From: the human T2T-CHM13v2.0 reference genome, Homo sapiens | Assembly: GCF_009914755.1 (NCBI RefSeq) | Contig: NC_060926.1 | DNA length: 64,000 bases | Strand: one strand, 5' to 3' | Shown: one piece after another, positions 1 to 39,500 of the stretch | Position numbering within the stretch: the stretch's first letter is position 1 | Layout of the letters: the number at the start of each line of letters is the position of its first letter | The notes under the pieces: generated by a model | Told to the model about the DNA's origin: nothing | Seen by the model: the letters and a program-made list of their open reading frames with translations, nothing else | The model's database searches: none | Made by a program: the position numbers and the translations under genes

Positions 1-425
1 GGAGGAAGGGATCGTCATGCTGCATCGAATCCTCTCTCCGCCGTGTGGCCCCCAGGAGAGTAGCTGCCTGTTGCACCTGCTCCACACCTCCCCACAGCCT
101 CCCTGCAGGTGCTGTGTGGCCGTGATGTGCAGAGAGCAGTGAGGGAGGGTTCATGAACCAGGTGGATCCTCTTTAAAAAAAAAAAAGTTTTTGTTATATC
201 TCTAGAACATTTCAAGTCTTTTCCTTTTTTTCTGTTCCTAGCTATGGGGTTTTAGAGAAGTGGGAACAGGAAGGCATTTGTCTTTTTCTTCTAGTTTACT
301 ACATTTTCCTTCCGTAGTTCTTCAGCTGTGTGGAAACGGGCATCACAAGGACATAGGATCATAGATTGGGTAGGGAGGGAGGAGGATTTCTGGAACTTTT
401 CTCAAAGGAATTTGGACCCTTATAA

Positions 426-832
<407 letters not shown>

Positions 833-953
833 CTAAGATCAGGGATTCTTAACCTTGGCTGCACACCAGAATCACCTGGCAAATTAAAAATACGTGGACC
901 TGCCACCAGAGCTTGTGATTTAATCAGAGTCGGCATCAGAGTTTTCAATTTTT

Positions 954-954
<1 letters not shown>

Positions 955-992
<38 letters not shown>

Positions 993-1275
993 GAGACAAG
1001 ATCTTGCTCTGTCGCCCAGACTGGAGTGCAGTGGTGTGATCACGGCTTGCTGCAGCCTCGACCTCCCTGGTTCAGGCCATCCTGCCACCTCAGCCTCCTG
1101 AGTAGTAGGGACTACAGGTAGGCACCACCACACCCAGCTAATACTTTTAATTTTTTTTTGTAGAGATAGGGTCTCATTATGTTGCCTGGGGTAGTCTCGA
1201 ACTCCTAGGCTCAAGCGATCCTCCTGCCTCGGCCTCCCAAAGTGTTGAGATTATAGGCGTGAGCCACCGTGCCCA
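955..1275 (-). mobile_element. Alu (J-type) with (TAT)n tail
   Basis: Antisense Alu; tail degenerated to (TAT)n at 955-992. Confidence 0.85.
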
Positions 1276-1279
1276 GATT

Positions 1280-4250
<2,971 letters not shown>

Positions 4251-4559
4251 CCTGGATCCTCCCCTCAGGGCTTCTGACTTAGGGTCTGGACATCAGGACT
4301 TTTTAAACCTTCCTGGTGATTCTGATAAGCAGCTGAGGTGGAGAACCACTGCTCTTTGACCTTGTCGTCAGTGAGCAGAGGTGCCTTAAGCACAAAAGCC
4401 TAGTGCCAGGACCCCGCATCCCGCCCACTCTGCACTCGGCCTATCTTGCTGTCGGCCGGCATGGCTAACAGGCGTGGGCCCTATCAGACAGTCCCTGGTG
4501 ACTGAAGCATGGGCTCCTCTCGGCCCAGGAAAGACGGCTAGGCTGTAATGGATAGCCAG

Positions 4560-4566
4560 TTTTAAT
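4560..4566 (-). terminator. ANKRD23: Likely ANKRD23 poly(A) signal (ATTAAA)
   Basis: Plus strand TTTAAT = minus ATTAAA, ~1.6 kb past the stop codon. Confidence 0.55.
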
Positions 4567-6180
4567 GAACAGAGGATACTGATTGGTATAAAAAGGTGTG
4601 TTTGTCACTGAGGTGTCCTCATTTTCTAGATGAGGAGTTGTCTTCTCCATGGTCTTGAACGCCTGCTTCGCCATGGCACCAGCGTCTGGGTGCACGCTGG
4701 CTGTCGCCACAGGGCAGGAGCTGCTCATGGAAAGGTGTGTGCCCCTAGTGTGCAGCACTGGTCAGCTTTTCCACATAGTAACAACAGCCTTGTTCTGGGC
4801 CTGAGAAGGCCCCCAAAGGTAGACGAAAAGGAACCATGGCCAAATGCCTATCAATCAGCCCGGTACCTAATGTAACCCAGGACCCATGTGAGGGAGGCTG
4901 AGCCTTCACCTTTCAGCCCTTCCCTCAGCATGTGGTTCTCAGTTTAGGGCAGAGCTTCTTAAGATTCACTTTCTGGCGTTTAGGGGCCCAGCCCCACCAG
5001 CAGTACAGGCCTACACCAGTGTAATTTGAAACGTACAGACGGTGGAAGAGGAAGTCTAGGGAGCTTGGGTCCTTAGACCACCAGGGAGCAGGGAAGGGAT
5101 GGGAAGGGCTGGGGGGCGGCGGGGGCTCACCTTCCTCTGCTTCCCTGTGGGCTGGGTTCAGAGCTCCTCAGTGTCCTGGCCTCCCAGGTGGGATCAAGCA
5201 GGGTGGGTGCAGCTGCAGCGTTCCAGGCAAGAGCTCAAGCTCCAGTACCAGGAACATAAGGGGACATAAGGGCCTCAGGCAAACTAGGGTTACGGGCCAC
5301 TGCCCCAAGAGTTGAGTGGGCCACAAGCAATCCCCAGTGCCCAGGCGCTTCCCCATGAGAGCCGCCAGCAGGCAACGGTGTGCCAGGCCGGCCTGAGCGG
5401 GGCCAGTACACAGTGGGTGCGAGGCTTCTCTCAAATGCGCGCTCCAGCTCATCAGTCTTAGGGCTTCTGAGGCAACCTAGTGGGTCCTGGACTTCTGTTG
5501 CTGTGGGGCCTCAAACCTGTTGAGTAGCCACCTCAGATGACCAGAACCCACCTCCAGAGTTCCTATGACCAAAGTTGTCTAGAGCCGCTCCGGACACTGC
5601 CAGGGTTGCTACTGACAGGAATGGGGTCCCCAGAGAAAGCCATGCCCACAGGCATCCACCAGCTGCAGACAGGCCCGGCCCCTGCATGGCCTGCCTTGGC
5701 TGCACCTTGTACATCCTGGATGGCATCTGCCGGCCACGGGCTGAGTCCCCACACACACAGACTGGCCCTGGAGAGAGCAAGGCAAGCCCCCTAACCTGGG
5801 ACAAGTGGACACTGAGGACTCCCAGACCCAGCCCTGGGTGGCTCCAGCTTGGGACTGCTCCCTTAAGGCTCGTTCTTGGCCCTCACTCTCCTCCCCTTCC
5901 TGGCCCTCATCTGGACCCGCGCTTTCTGCTGCCTTGTGGTCCTCTGCTCCAGCCCTGGGAGGGAACGCGGCTCCCCTGACACTCGAAGCCAGGGAGGCCT
6001 CTCTCTTTGCCTGCTGGGCCCGGTGCCGCTCTTCAGTTCTGCCAGGGCTGCTGAGGCGGCACAGGCCAGAGAGGGAGGAACCAGGGCTGAGGGCAGGAAC
6101 CACAGAGGTGCAGACGCGGGGGCGGGGCACAGGATGGAATGGTGGCAGTGCGAAAGGCGCGGCGGGGGGCGGTGCTGCGG

Positions 6181-10624
<4,444 letters not shown>

Positions 10625-10675
10625 GGTCCCCCCTGTTCCTCACACCCCCCAGTGAGAAGAGCTGAACTGCTCAGC

Positions 10676-10685
10676 CCTTTATAGG
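10676..10685 (-). promoter_or_regulatory. ANKRD23: ANKRD23 TATA box (TATAAA) embedded in a CArG box
   Basis: Minus strand CCTATAAAGG, ~55 nt upstream of the ATG. Confidence 0.7.
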
Positions 10686-11552
10686 AGCGCCTGGAGACGG
10701 GCAGGGGTGGACAGGGAAGGACTGGCGCAGGTGCAAGCCCCTGGGCCAGATGACTCTGGGACTCTGTCACACCAACTAAAATACCAGTCTGGGAATGCAG
10801 CCCACTGGGGAAAAGAAAAGGAGCTGTTTGGAGATGAGTTGGCTGCATCCTCGGACACCCACTCCTGCACCTCTGCCATGCCCCACACCTACTCAGGGGC
10901 CATTTAACCAACACACTGCTAGCCCAGATTCGGGTGAAACGTGTTCCCCTCTCCTAAGTTTAGATGCCACTCCTGAAGAAAGCCCAGCCTGGGCCTCCAT
11001 GTTGTAGGGCCGGCTGCCTGTGAACCTGAAAGCCCAGCCTAGGTGGCTGAGCAAGGAGGCTGGAAGCCTGAGGGGGTGGTCGGGAGGGGCAGGAGCGGCC
11101 AGCCTACAGCCTCAGCCCTCATGGTGGCCACGTGAGGAAACCGTGATCTCCCAACTTGCAGTTTCAAGGCTGCCCTTCCCTTCCCTGTGCTGTGGGTTTC
11201 TCGCCCCCGGGCTCCCCCGCTCCTCCCTCAGTGCTCTGAGAGCACATGGCAGCTGCCCCAGCCCCGAAGCCAAGCCTGGCGCCTGTCCTCGGGCCTCTGG
11301 AAGTCCTCCCCGCCCCTCTACAAGCCCCTACCAGACGCTCTCCAGGGACGGAGTGTGCCCCTCCAGCCACAGGAAAGGGGAGACTGATCCGCGTCAGGTC
11401 CCGGGATGGAATAGTAACCATGAAATCCAGCCGCAGAGCAATGTGTCTCAAGCCATCAGTCACCCTTCCTAATTCTCAGGAAGCCAGGCATGCCCTTCAC
11501 CCAGCTGAACCTTGAACTCCGCCTTGGCCTTTGCAAGGAAATCAGCCAGTAA

Positions 11553-14225
<2,673 letters not shown>

Positions 14226-14687
14226 CTAAAATCGGCATGGGTAGGCAGCTCACAGAAGACACAGGTGCTCAACCTCACTAGTAACCAGCAATGAAAAACG
14301 AAACAGATGAAACAGCACTTTTCTCCCATCGGACCGTTGCAATCAATGAAATCATGGTATGCGCAAAGTGCTGATGAGGAGCTCGGGAAGCGGGCCTCCC
14401 TCAGGCTGCTTGCCACGTGCCAGGCACTCTCTCGAGGGCTCTCCCAGTGCACACTGACCTCCTCCCACAATGACTCTGAGGCGGGCCCTATGATAACCAC
14501 TCTCATTACAGAAGAGGAAATGGAGGGGCAGACAGCTAAAGTGACTTTTACCAAGGGCATTCAGCTAGAAAGCAGCTTCTCACATAGTCCCTACTTTCTT
14601 CTAATACTTACATAGTTTTGTGTTTTTATATTTAGATCTTTAATCTTGCAATTTATCTTTGGGTGTGGGATGAGGTAAGGATATAAC

Positions 14688-14693
14688 TTTATT
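14688..14693 (-). terminator. ANKRD39: Likely ANKRD39 poly(A) signal (AATAAA)
   Basis: Plus TTTATT, ~240 nt downstream of the stop codon. Confidence 0.6.
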
Positions 14694-14931
14694 TTTTTCC
14701 AAATAAATAGATGTCTCATATGAACTAATTTAGAATATGATCATCTGTCCAGTCTTAAACACTTTTAGCCACACCAAATCTACTCCCTCGCTTCCACAGT
14801 GACCAGACTGGGGCTCTTCCTGGGTGGTCTGGCCTCAGTTCCCTGCCCAGCAGCATGGATGCTGACCAAGGCAGGGGCTTGGAGAACTGGTCTGTGTACC
14901 CTTTAAAGGCAGCTGGAGATAGGGTGGCGGC

Positions 14932-24618
<9,687 letters not shown>

Positions 24619-25083
24619 CCCGGCCCCGGCGTCAGTCGATCCGCCCCGGGTCTCAGGCTCAGCCTCGGCGGGAGGGGCGGACGCAGGGCCCGCCCCGCGT
24701 CCCTGATCTGGCCGCTCGGCGTCCGCGGCTGTCGCCCTAGTCCCGCCTTCTCGCCAAAGCTGACCAATCAAACGCCTAGGCCTTAGCTCGAGAACCAATT
24801 GCAACGGTAGGGCGGGGCTTGTTGCGCCCGGCCGTGCCCCGAGGCCTCCGCGCGAGGGCGTCCAAGGCCAAGCGAGGACTGAGGCGCTGGGTTCCGGGAG
24901 CCGCGCGCCGCTGGAGGGCCGCCGGGCCGCCTGGCCTTGCAGGGTGTGGGGATGAGGCAGCTGGGTCCGGTCGGGAGCTTTCCCGTTACCTTCGCCATGA
25001 CCCAGCCGTCCAGCGACCTCGCAGCCTCCTCTCTTTACCGCCCCTAGTCCCTAGGGCAGGGAGGCGCCACGCGCTCCGCGGTC

Positions 25084-25372
<289 letters not shown>

Positions 25373-26384
25373 CGGGGCGCGCTCCACGGTTTTTAGCCCC
25401 TCTTCCTGGCACCACCCCGGACCAAGGCCGACCGCCCCCGGGGCAGCGGCAAAGTGACGGCTGGAAAGGCCTCGAGACGCCCCTCCCCGTACCCTGCTCT
25501 TCCTTACAAGTCCAGCAAGGGGCAGGTGGCCACAACTTGTCCTGCCTGTAGCTCCACCTCAGGGCAGGGGCAGGGCCTTGGTTTGTGCAGAACCCCCTGG
25601 CCCCACAGTGGGCGCTGAGTTTACGGAATCGGTCTTCATGATCAAAACCCACCGGGAGGCCGTCTGCGGACCGCGCACCTTCGCAGCGTGCTCCTCAGCG
25701 GACCCCAGCCTTCTCAATTCCCAGTTAAAACCCAGGCAGCTGCCTGCTCAAGCCACGATCAAGTGTACAGGGGAGACCGCCTGATCGGCTTAGAAAGAGT
25801 GCATGAACGACAGAATGCAGGTTGGGTTCTGTGCCAGTCCCTCTCCAGGACAGTGGTCTGGTGCACACTGGATGTAAGTTCCTTCCCCCGCTAGTTGGGG
25901 CACGGAAGACCCTAGCATTCCTGGTGGGTAGAAGGCTGGAAGTCGTTTCTCCTCCCCTAAGCAGGTTGAGAACCCCATCCTCACACAAGCAATGATCTCA
26001 TCTCCACAACCTTCCACTCCTTTGGCCCCTCATTCCCACTACCCGTCTTGAGTTCTGGGAAGGCACCCCCCCCACCACTCCGCTTCTCCCCTGGACTCCC
26101 AGTGCCCTGACTTCTCCTTCTGGCCAGAAGCCAAGGCTGGCTCCCAAGGGGCTATGGCCATGGTCTCGTTCCCAGCCCCGCAGCCACCACTGTGGGAAAA
26201 CACTAGAGCTGGGCTGTCCCCTCCCACAGGCAGGCAGGGACCACAAAAGTGGTGGCTGCCCTGGGATTGTGGGGGAGGCCCAGTCCAGCCTCCCTCCACC
26301 CAGAGAGCCTTCCCTCTTGGTACCCAGAAAGGCTTTAGCCCAAACATCTTAGCCCCATCAGAGCAATCGTTTCATTTTCTCCAT

Positions 26385-26390
26385 TTTATT
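26385..26390 (-). terminator. SEMA4C: SEMA4C poly(A) signal (AATAAA)
   Basis: Plus TTTATT at the end of the AU-rich 3' UTR tail. Confidence 0.8.
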
Positions 26391-27256
26391 TGTCAATATA
26401 AAAATACTCAAATATTTACAACAAATAAATACGCGGGGACACAATAAGTTACACTGTTAGGAGCCCTCCTCCTAGGGCTGGAAGAGAGTATGCCATTGTC
26501 CACAGCAGGCCCACCCTCTCCCTTCTCTCCCCTCACACAGCCTTTCCCAGCCCTGTACAGGAAGAAGGCAAGTATAAAATACCACTGAACCCCGGGGCCA
26601 AGTGGGAGGCCCCACCCACCCTTCCCCCCAAACACACAGGAGGCTCCATCTCCCTCCCCCCACCCTGAAAACATTCACAGCCCTAGGAGCAGGACTAGGC
26701 CCACCCCAAGCCCTGCACTCCCTCTGAAGGGGCACAGCACCCTGTCCACCCCACCTCCATATGTACATCGCTGCCCGACACTCGGGGCAGTGGGGGTAGG
26801 AGAGACAAAGTGATACGACCCCTTCCCCTTCATAGCTCCAATGACTCACCAGGAGGACCCAGGCCAAGGGAAGACTTGACAGAAACAGGAAGGCTATGCC
26901 ACAAGCGCGCACGCGCGTGCACACACACATACACACACACACAAACACATGTGCAAATACAGACAAACACACATCTTGAAACTTCTGCCTTGAAAAGTTT
27001 TGGCGGCTGGGGTCCCGCGTGTCTGTGATTCACAGAGAGGAGGAAGATGCCTTCTGCGAGGCTGGTGCCCTGGTGAGCCACACCAAGTGGCAGTGCCCGT
27101 GCTGAGCAGAGCAGGTCCTCATGGCCGGGTGGGTGCTGGGCAGTATCTGTCCCAGACAGAGCAGGTGCCCGTGCCATGTCCCTGAGGTAGCTGGTGCCTG
27201 TGCAAAAGTAGGAGCTACACCTCCCACGCTTCCCGCCGACGCGGTGGGGGTTCCCC

Positions 27257-34516
<7,260 letters not shown>

Positions 34517-35249
34517 GGCGCACGCCCCGGCTCTGAGCTTCAGGCCAGCTGTCCTGCTGAGGGAAAAGACATGGTCAGAAATCACAGCCAGAGAAAGCAA
34601 ACCAGAGGGGCCCGCAGCAGGAGAGGCCACAGGACTCCTCATCAGGCCTTCCAGGAGCCCCGGTGCCCTCCTTCCCCTTCTCTTTGGAGGTGGACCTAAG
34701 TCCCCACACTTGGCCTCTGCCTAAAAGACCACAGGTCTCCCTGGGAAGCGGGGAGGAGTTGAGTTGGCTGAAGGCTAAACAGGCTCCGGGAAGCCCTCCC
34801 TGGCCTCCAGACCCACCACTACCTCTGCGCAACAGGAAATCATTTGAGAAATAAAAAGGGGACCCCCGCCCAACATACACACTCAGGCCTAAGAGGTTTG
34901 AGTTTCTTGAAAGAACCTCAGGCAGCAGGCCTTGCAGCCACTGGGGCTCCGGACCCTGCCAACACCTAATTCTGGGAGGAAGACTCCTTAGGGCGACGAG
35001 GGCATGCGGTGGGGTAGGCGGTCGGGAAAGCCCCAAAGGGGAAACCTGGTGCGGCCGGCTGCGAGCGGAGGTCCCGGTCCCGGCCTGTCCCCTTCCCCAG
35101 CGCAGACAATAGCCCTGCAGAACCCCAAACCCCGTTCCACATCAGCAGGGCAGGAGTGTGAGAAGGGCCGGGAGCGAAGGGGCCCAGCTTCCCGAGGCCC
35201 CTTTGTTGCCCAAGAGGGAGGCAGGAAGTGGGTGGGATGGGCGTGGAAA

Positions 35250-37150
35250 TGACCAGGGCCTCATCCTGTTCCTCGCACTGCCTCCTCCGAAACACCAGCC
35301 CTCTGGCGGAGGGGCGGTGGGGGGACCGAGCTCGGGTCGAGTCGGGGACTCCGGCGGCGCGCGCAGGCGACGGGGGGAGGTAGGGGCGGGGACGCGAGGG
35401 GGTTCCTCCCGGGCCGCTGGCAACGCGCCGCGCACGGCCGGCACCCGCTGCGCTCCCGCGACTCTGACGAACCTTCCCAACTCGGGGACTGCGCCCCAGG
35501 GACCCTGGCCTGGGCGGGCCAGCGGGATTGGCTTCCCCTGCTCCAGCCTTCCCGTGCCAGGGGCGGAGACGCAGAAGCTGGGGACCTGCTCACCCCCAAA
35601 CAAAGGGTCCCCGCCAAGACCCCGTCCCGGGTCCCCCCGGGTTCTCCCCTCCCCCAGCTCCAGGGATTTGAACGCAAACAAAGCGGCGGCGCGGGGAGCG
35701 TGGCGAGCCCGGCCTGCGGACGCCCCCTGTCGGCCCAGAGCCCCGGCGCGGGAGAGCGGGGGCTGCGCCCCAGACCAGCCCCCCAAAACGCCCGCGGCCT
35801 CATCTCGGCTCCTTACCCGAGGATCGGGCCGCACCCCGTGGCGTGCTCCGAGGATCCGCCCGGCAGCGGTGCTCCCACCCGCAGCTCCCCCCAGGGCGAG
35901 GAAACGGGCAGCCGGGAGGAGGGGTTGGGGGGAGGGGTGCGGGATCCAGGCGGGGCACCCCACACCCTCGCCCACCCCGAGCGGCCAGCCGTGGACCGCG
36001 GCCCTCCCTGCAGGGCGAGCGCTCCAGCCGGGGACGGCGCGGCCCGGCTCGGCCCGGGGGCCTGGCTTTCCGGGACAACCCGCCTCCCCAGCGGAATGGG
36101 CGGGCGGGCGGGGGGCCGCGGCAGGGAAATCCGATCCCACAACATCGGCCTCCCTCCAAGCCCGCCCCAAACTTTCCATCGGGGGTGGGAGCGCCAAGGG
36201 CAGTCCAGGAGCCTGGCGAGGATCCCGGCCGCGGACCGGACCGCGCGAGGAACCCTCGCTGGCGCGCCCCTCCGGCCCCGGGGCTGCGGGGCTGCAGGTG
36301 CTGTGCGCCCCACTCCCGAGACCCTGCGAAGCAGCCGCGGGGGTCGCAGGAAGGATCCCCGCGTACAGCCGTCTCCGCCGCCGCGGCTCCCCGCGCCCCA
36401 GCCCCTGTCCCTCCCGCGTCCGGCAGCCCCTGCCCAAGCAAAGGGACAAAGCGGCGGCTCCGGGGCCCCGCGGCTCCAGCCTCACGCAAGCCCGGCCTCG
36501 CTCACCTATTGCGCGCAGCTCCAGTCCCCGGGCGCCGCCCTCGCGTTCGGCTCTGACCGCCGTCCACCCCTGCCCCCGCGTCGCCGCCTGCCCGCGCTCG
36601 CCCGCCAGCCCTCCGCGGCCTCTCTGCCACCGCCCCTCCGTCCCCGCCCGGCTCCGCGCCCCTAGGCTCGGGCTCCCCGCGCCACCACGGCGGGCGCCGG
36701 CTCTTTCTCCAGCGCGGCCGCGGCCCTCCGGCTCTCCGCCCCCTTCCCCTTGACGTCAGGCTGGGGGGGTCGAGCGGAGGCCGGGGGCGGGCCGCGAAGG
36801 CTCGCTCAGGAGGGGGCTGCGACCCGCAGCGACCTGTGGACCCGCCCGCTCTCCGCCCGGGGGCTCGGACCTCCGCCTCTCTGGGTGCCCGGACCTCAAC
36901 CCCTCCGGGTGTCCAGCAGCCCCGGGGCTCGGAGTCGCGGGCTGCGCCACAGCGCCTGGAGGGAGGTGGGGCGGGGGAGGGACTCCGGGTATGGCCACGG
37001 GGGAATCACACTCACCCGATCTTTCTGAAGTGTCCCCCGAAGACTCCGGGCGGGCTGGGCTGGGGAGAGGGACTCCCGACCGTGCAGTTGCAGGAACGAC
37101 CGCGGGCGAGCCACGTCGAGGCGAGTATCCAGGGGAGGCACGCTGGGGGA
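35250..37150 (-). promoter_or_regulatory. SEMA4C: SEMA4C CpG island with non-coding exon 1 (donor TAG|GTGAGC at 36506/36505)
   Basis: Very high GC/CpG content, multiple GC boxes, donor consensus; TSS presumably ~36.6-36.75 kb. Confidence 0.8.
36751..36758. promoter_or_regulatory. Full palindromic CRE (TGACGTCA)
   Basis: Exact CREB/ATF consensus next to the inferred SEMA4C TSS. Confidence 0.65.
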
Positions 37151-38199
37151 ACCGAGGCGTCTTTTGGGGCGGACCAGAGGGGTCTGCCGTTTGGCCCCCA
37201 ATTCTGCCTCTTTCTAGGCCCCGAGGACCACTGGTCCCTGCCCTCAAGTCTGGAAAGGGCTTCACCAGCCAGGAAGACCCTTCAATCAACAGAAAGGGCC
37301 TGCTCCTGCTTCTCACGCTTTGGGCAAAGCGCCTATCCCCAGAAAATGACTCCTCGTGCCACTGGAAGGCTGATTAACAAGTGGCATGAGCCCTACTGTT
37401 CAGATGAAAGGGGCTGTGGGGAGCCACGCTGCAGAACCACCGCCACCTTCAGAACCACCAGCCTCCGCCCACAGCCACTCCTAGAAGCAACTTGTAGCTC
37501 TGGCCTCATGGGCGGTGCAGCGTCTTTCCTGCCAGCTGGTCCTCTGAGCTGGGCAGGTGGTTAGAAGAGGTGGTCCTCATGGAGGACACCCCACGGGCAC
37601 CTGGAGACAGATGCTACCTCCTGGCTAGGGGCAAAAGGCAGAGGTGAAGGGGCTTGACGTCCTGAGGTTTGGAGGTAACTTTAAGCCAGGGTGCAGTCCT
37701 GGAGGGGAGGAACACTTCAGGCTGCGTCAGCAGATCTGGATTATAAATCAGTCCGACAGCAGCTTTTGTTCTGGGTTAAAACTTGGCATCTGAAAAGTGG
37801 AGACCAGAAAAGTGGTGGAGATAATTGAGAAAAGCAGCCCAGTTTGGTTTCAGTAACAATCGGGTCTTTGCTGGTACACATAATGGCCCCTTCTCCCTTG
37901 CTGGCCAAAGCCACGTTTCCCAGCTCTTTTCCACTAGGAAAAAGAAAAAAAGCTGTGGCCTTGGAGATGCCGGAGATAATGACCATGGGGTGGGCAGGGA
38001 AGGCCTCCTGCTTCAGCTGACAAGGTGGGAGAAGGTGTGTCACCCTCGTGTTTAGTTTATTCCCCGTATCTATTCAAGCGGAGGGTAAACTGAGATGCAA
38101 GTGCCCTCACTTGTGTTCTGTGCTTTAGATTTTTGCAGCTTGTCTTGATGTACATTTTCTTACTTCACCCTTATGACCACCCTTTAAAAAGTAAGTAAT

Positions 38200-39500
<1,301 letters not shown>

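Noticed and set aside
35142-36753. Long overlapping ORFs (531 aa +, 447 aa -, 321 aa +, others)
   Set aside because: They lie in the SEMA4C CpG island, where stop codons are rare. Pro/Arg/Gly/Ala low-complexity products on several frames and both strands, with no recognisable domain.
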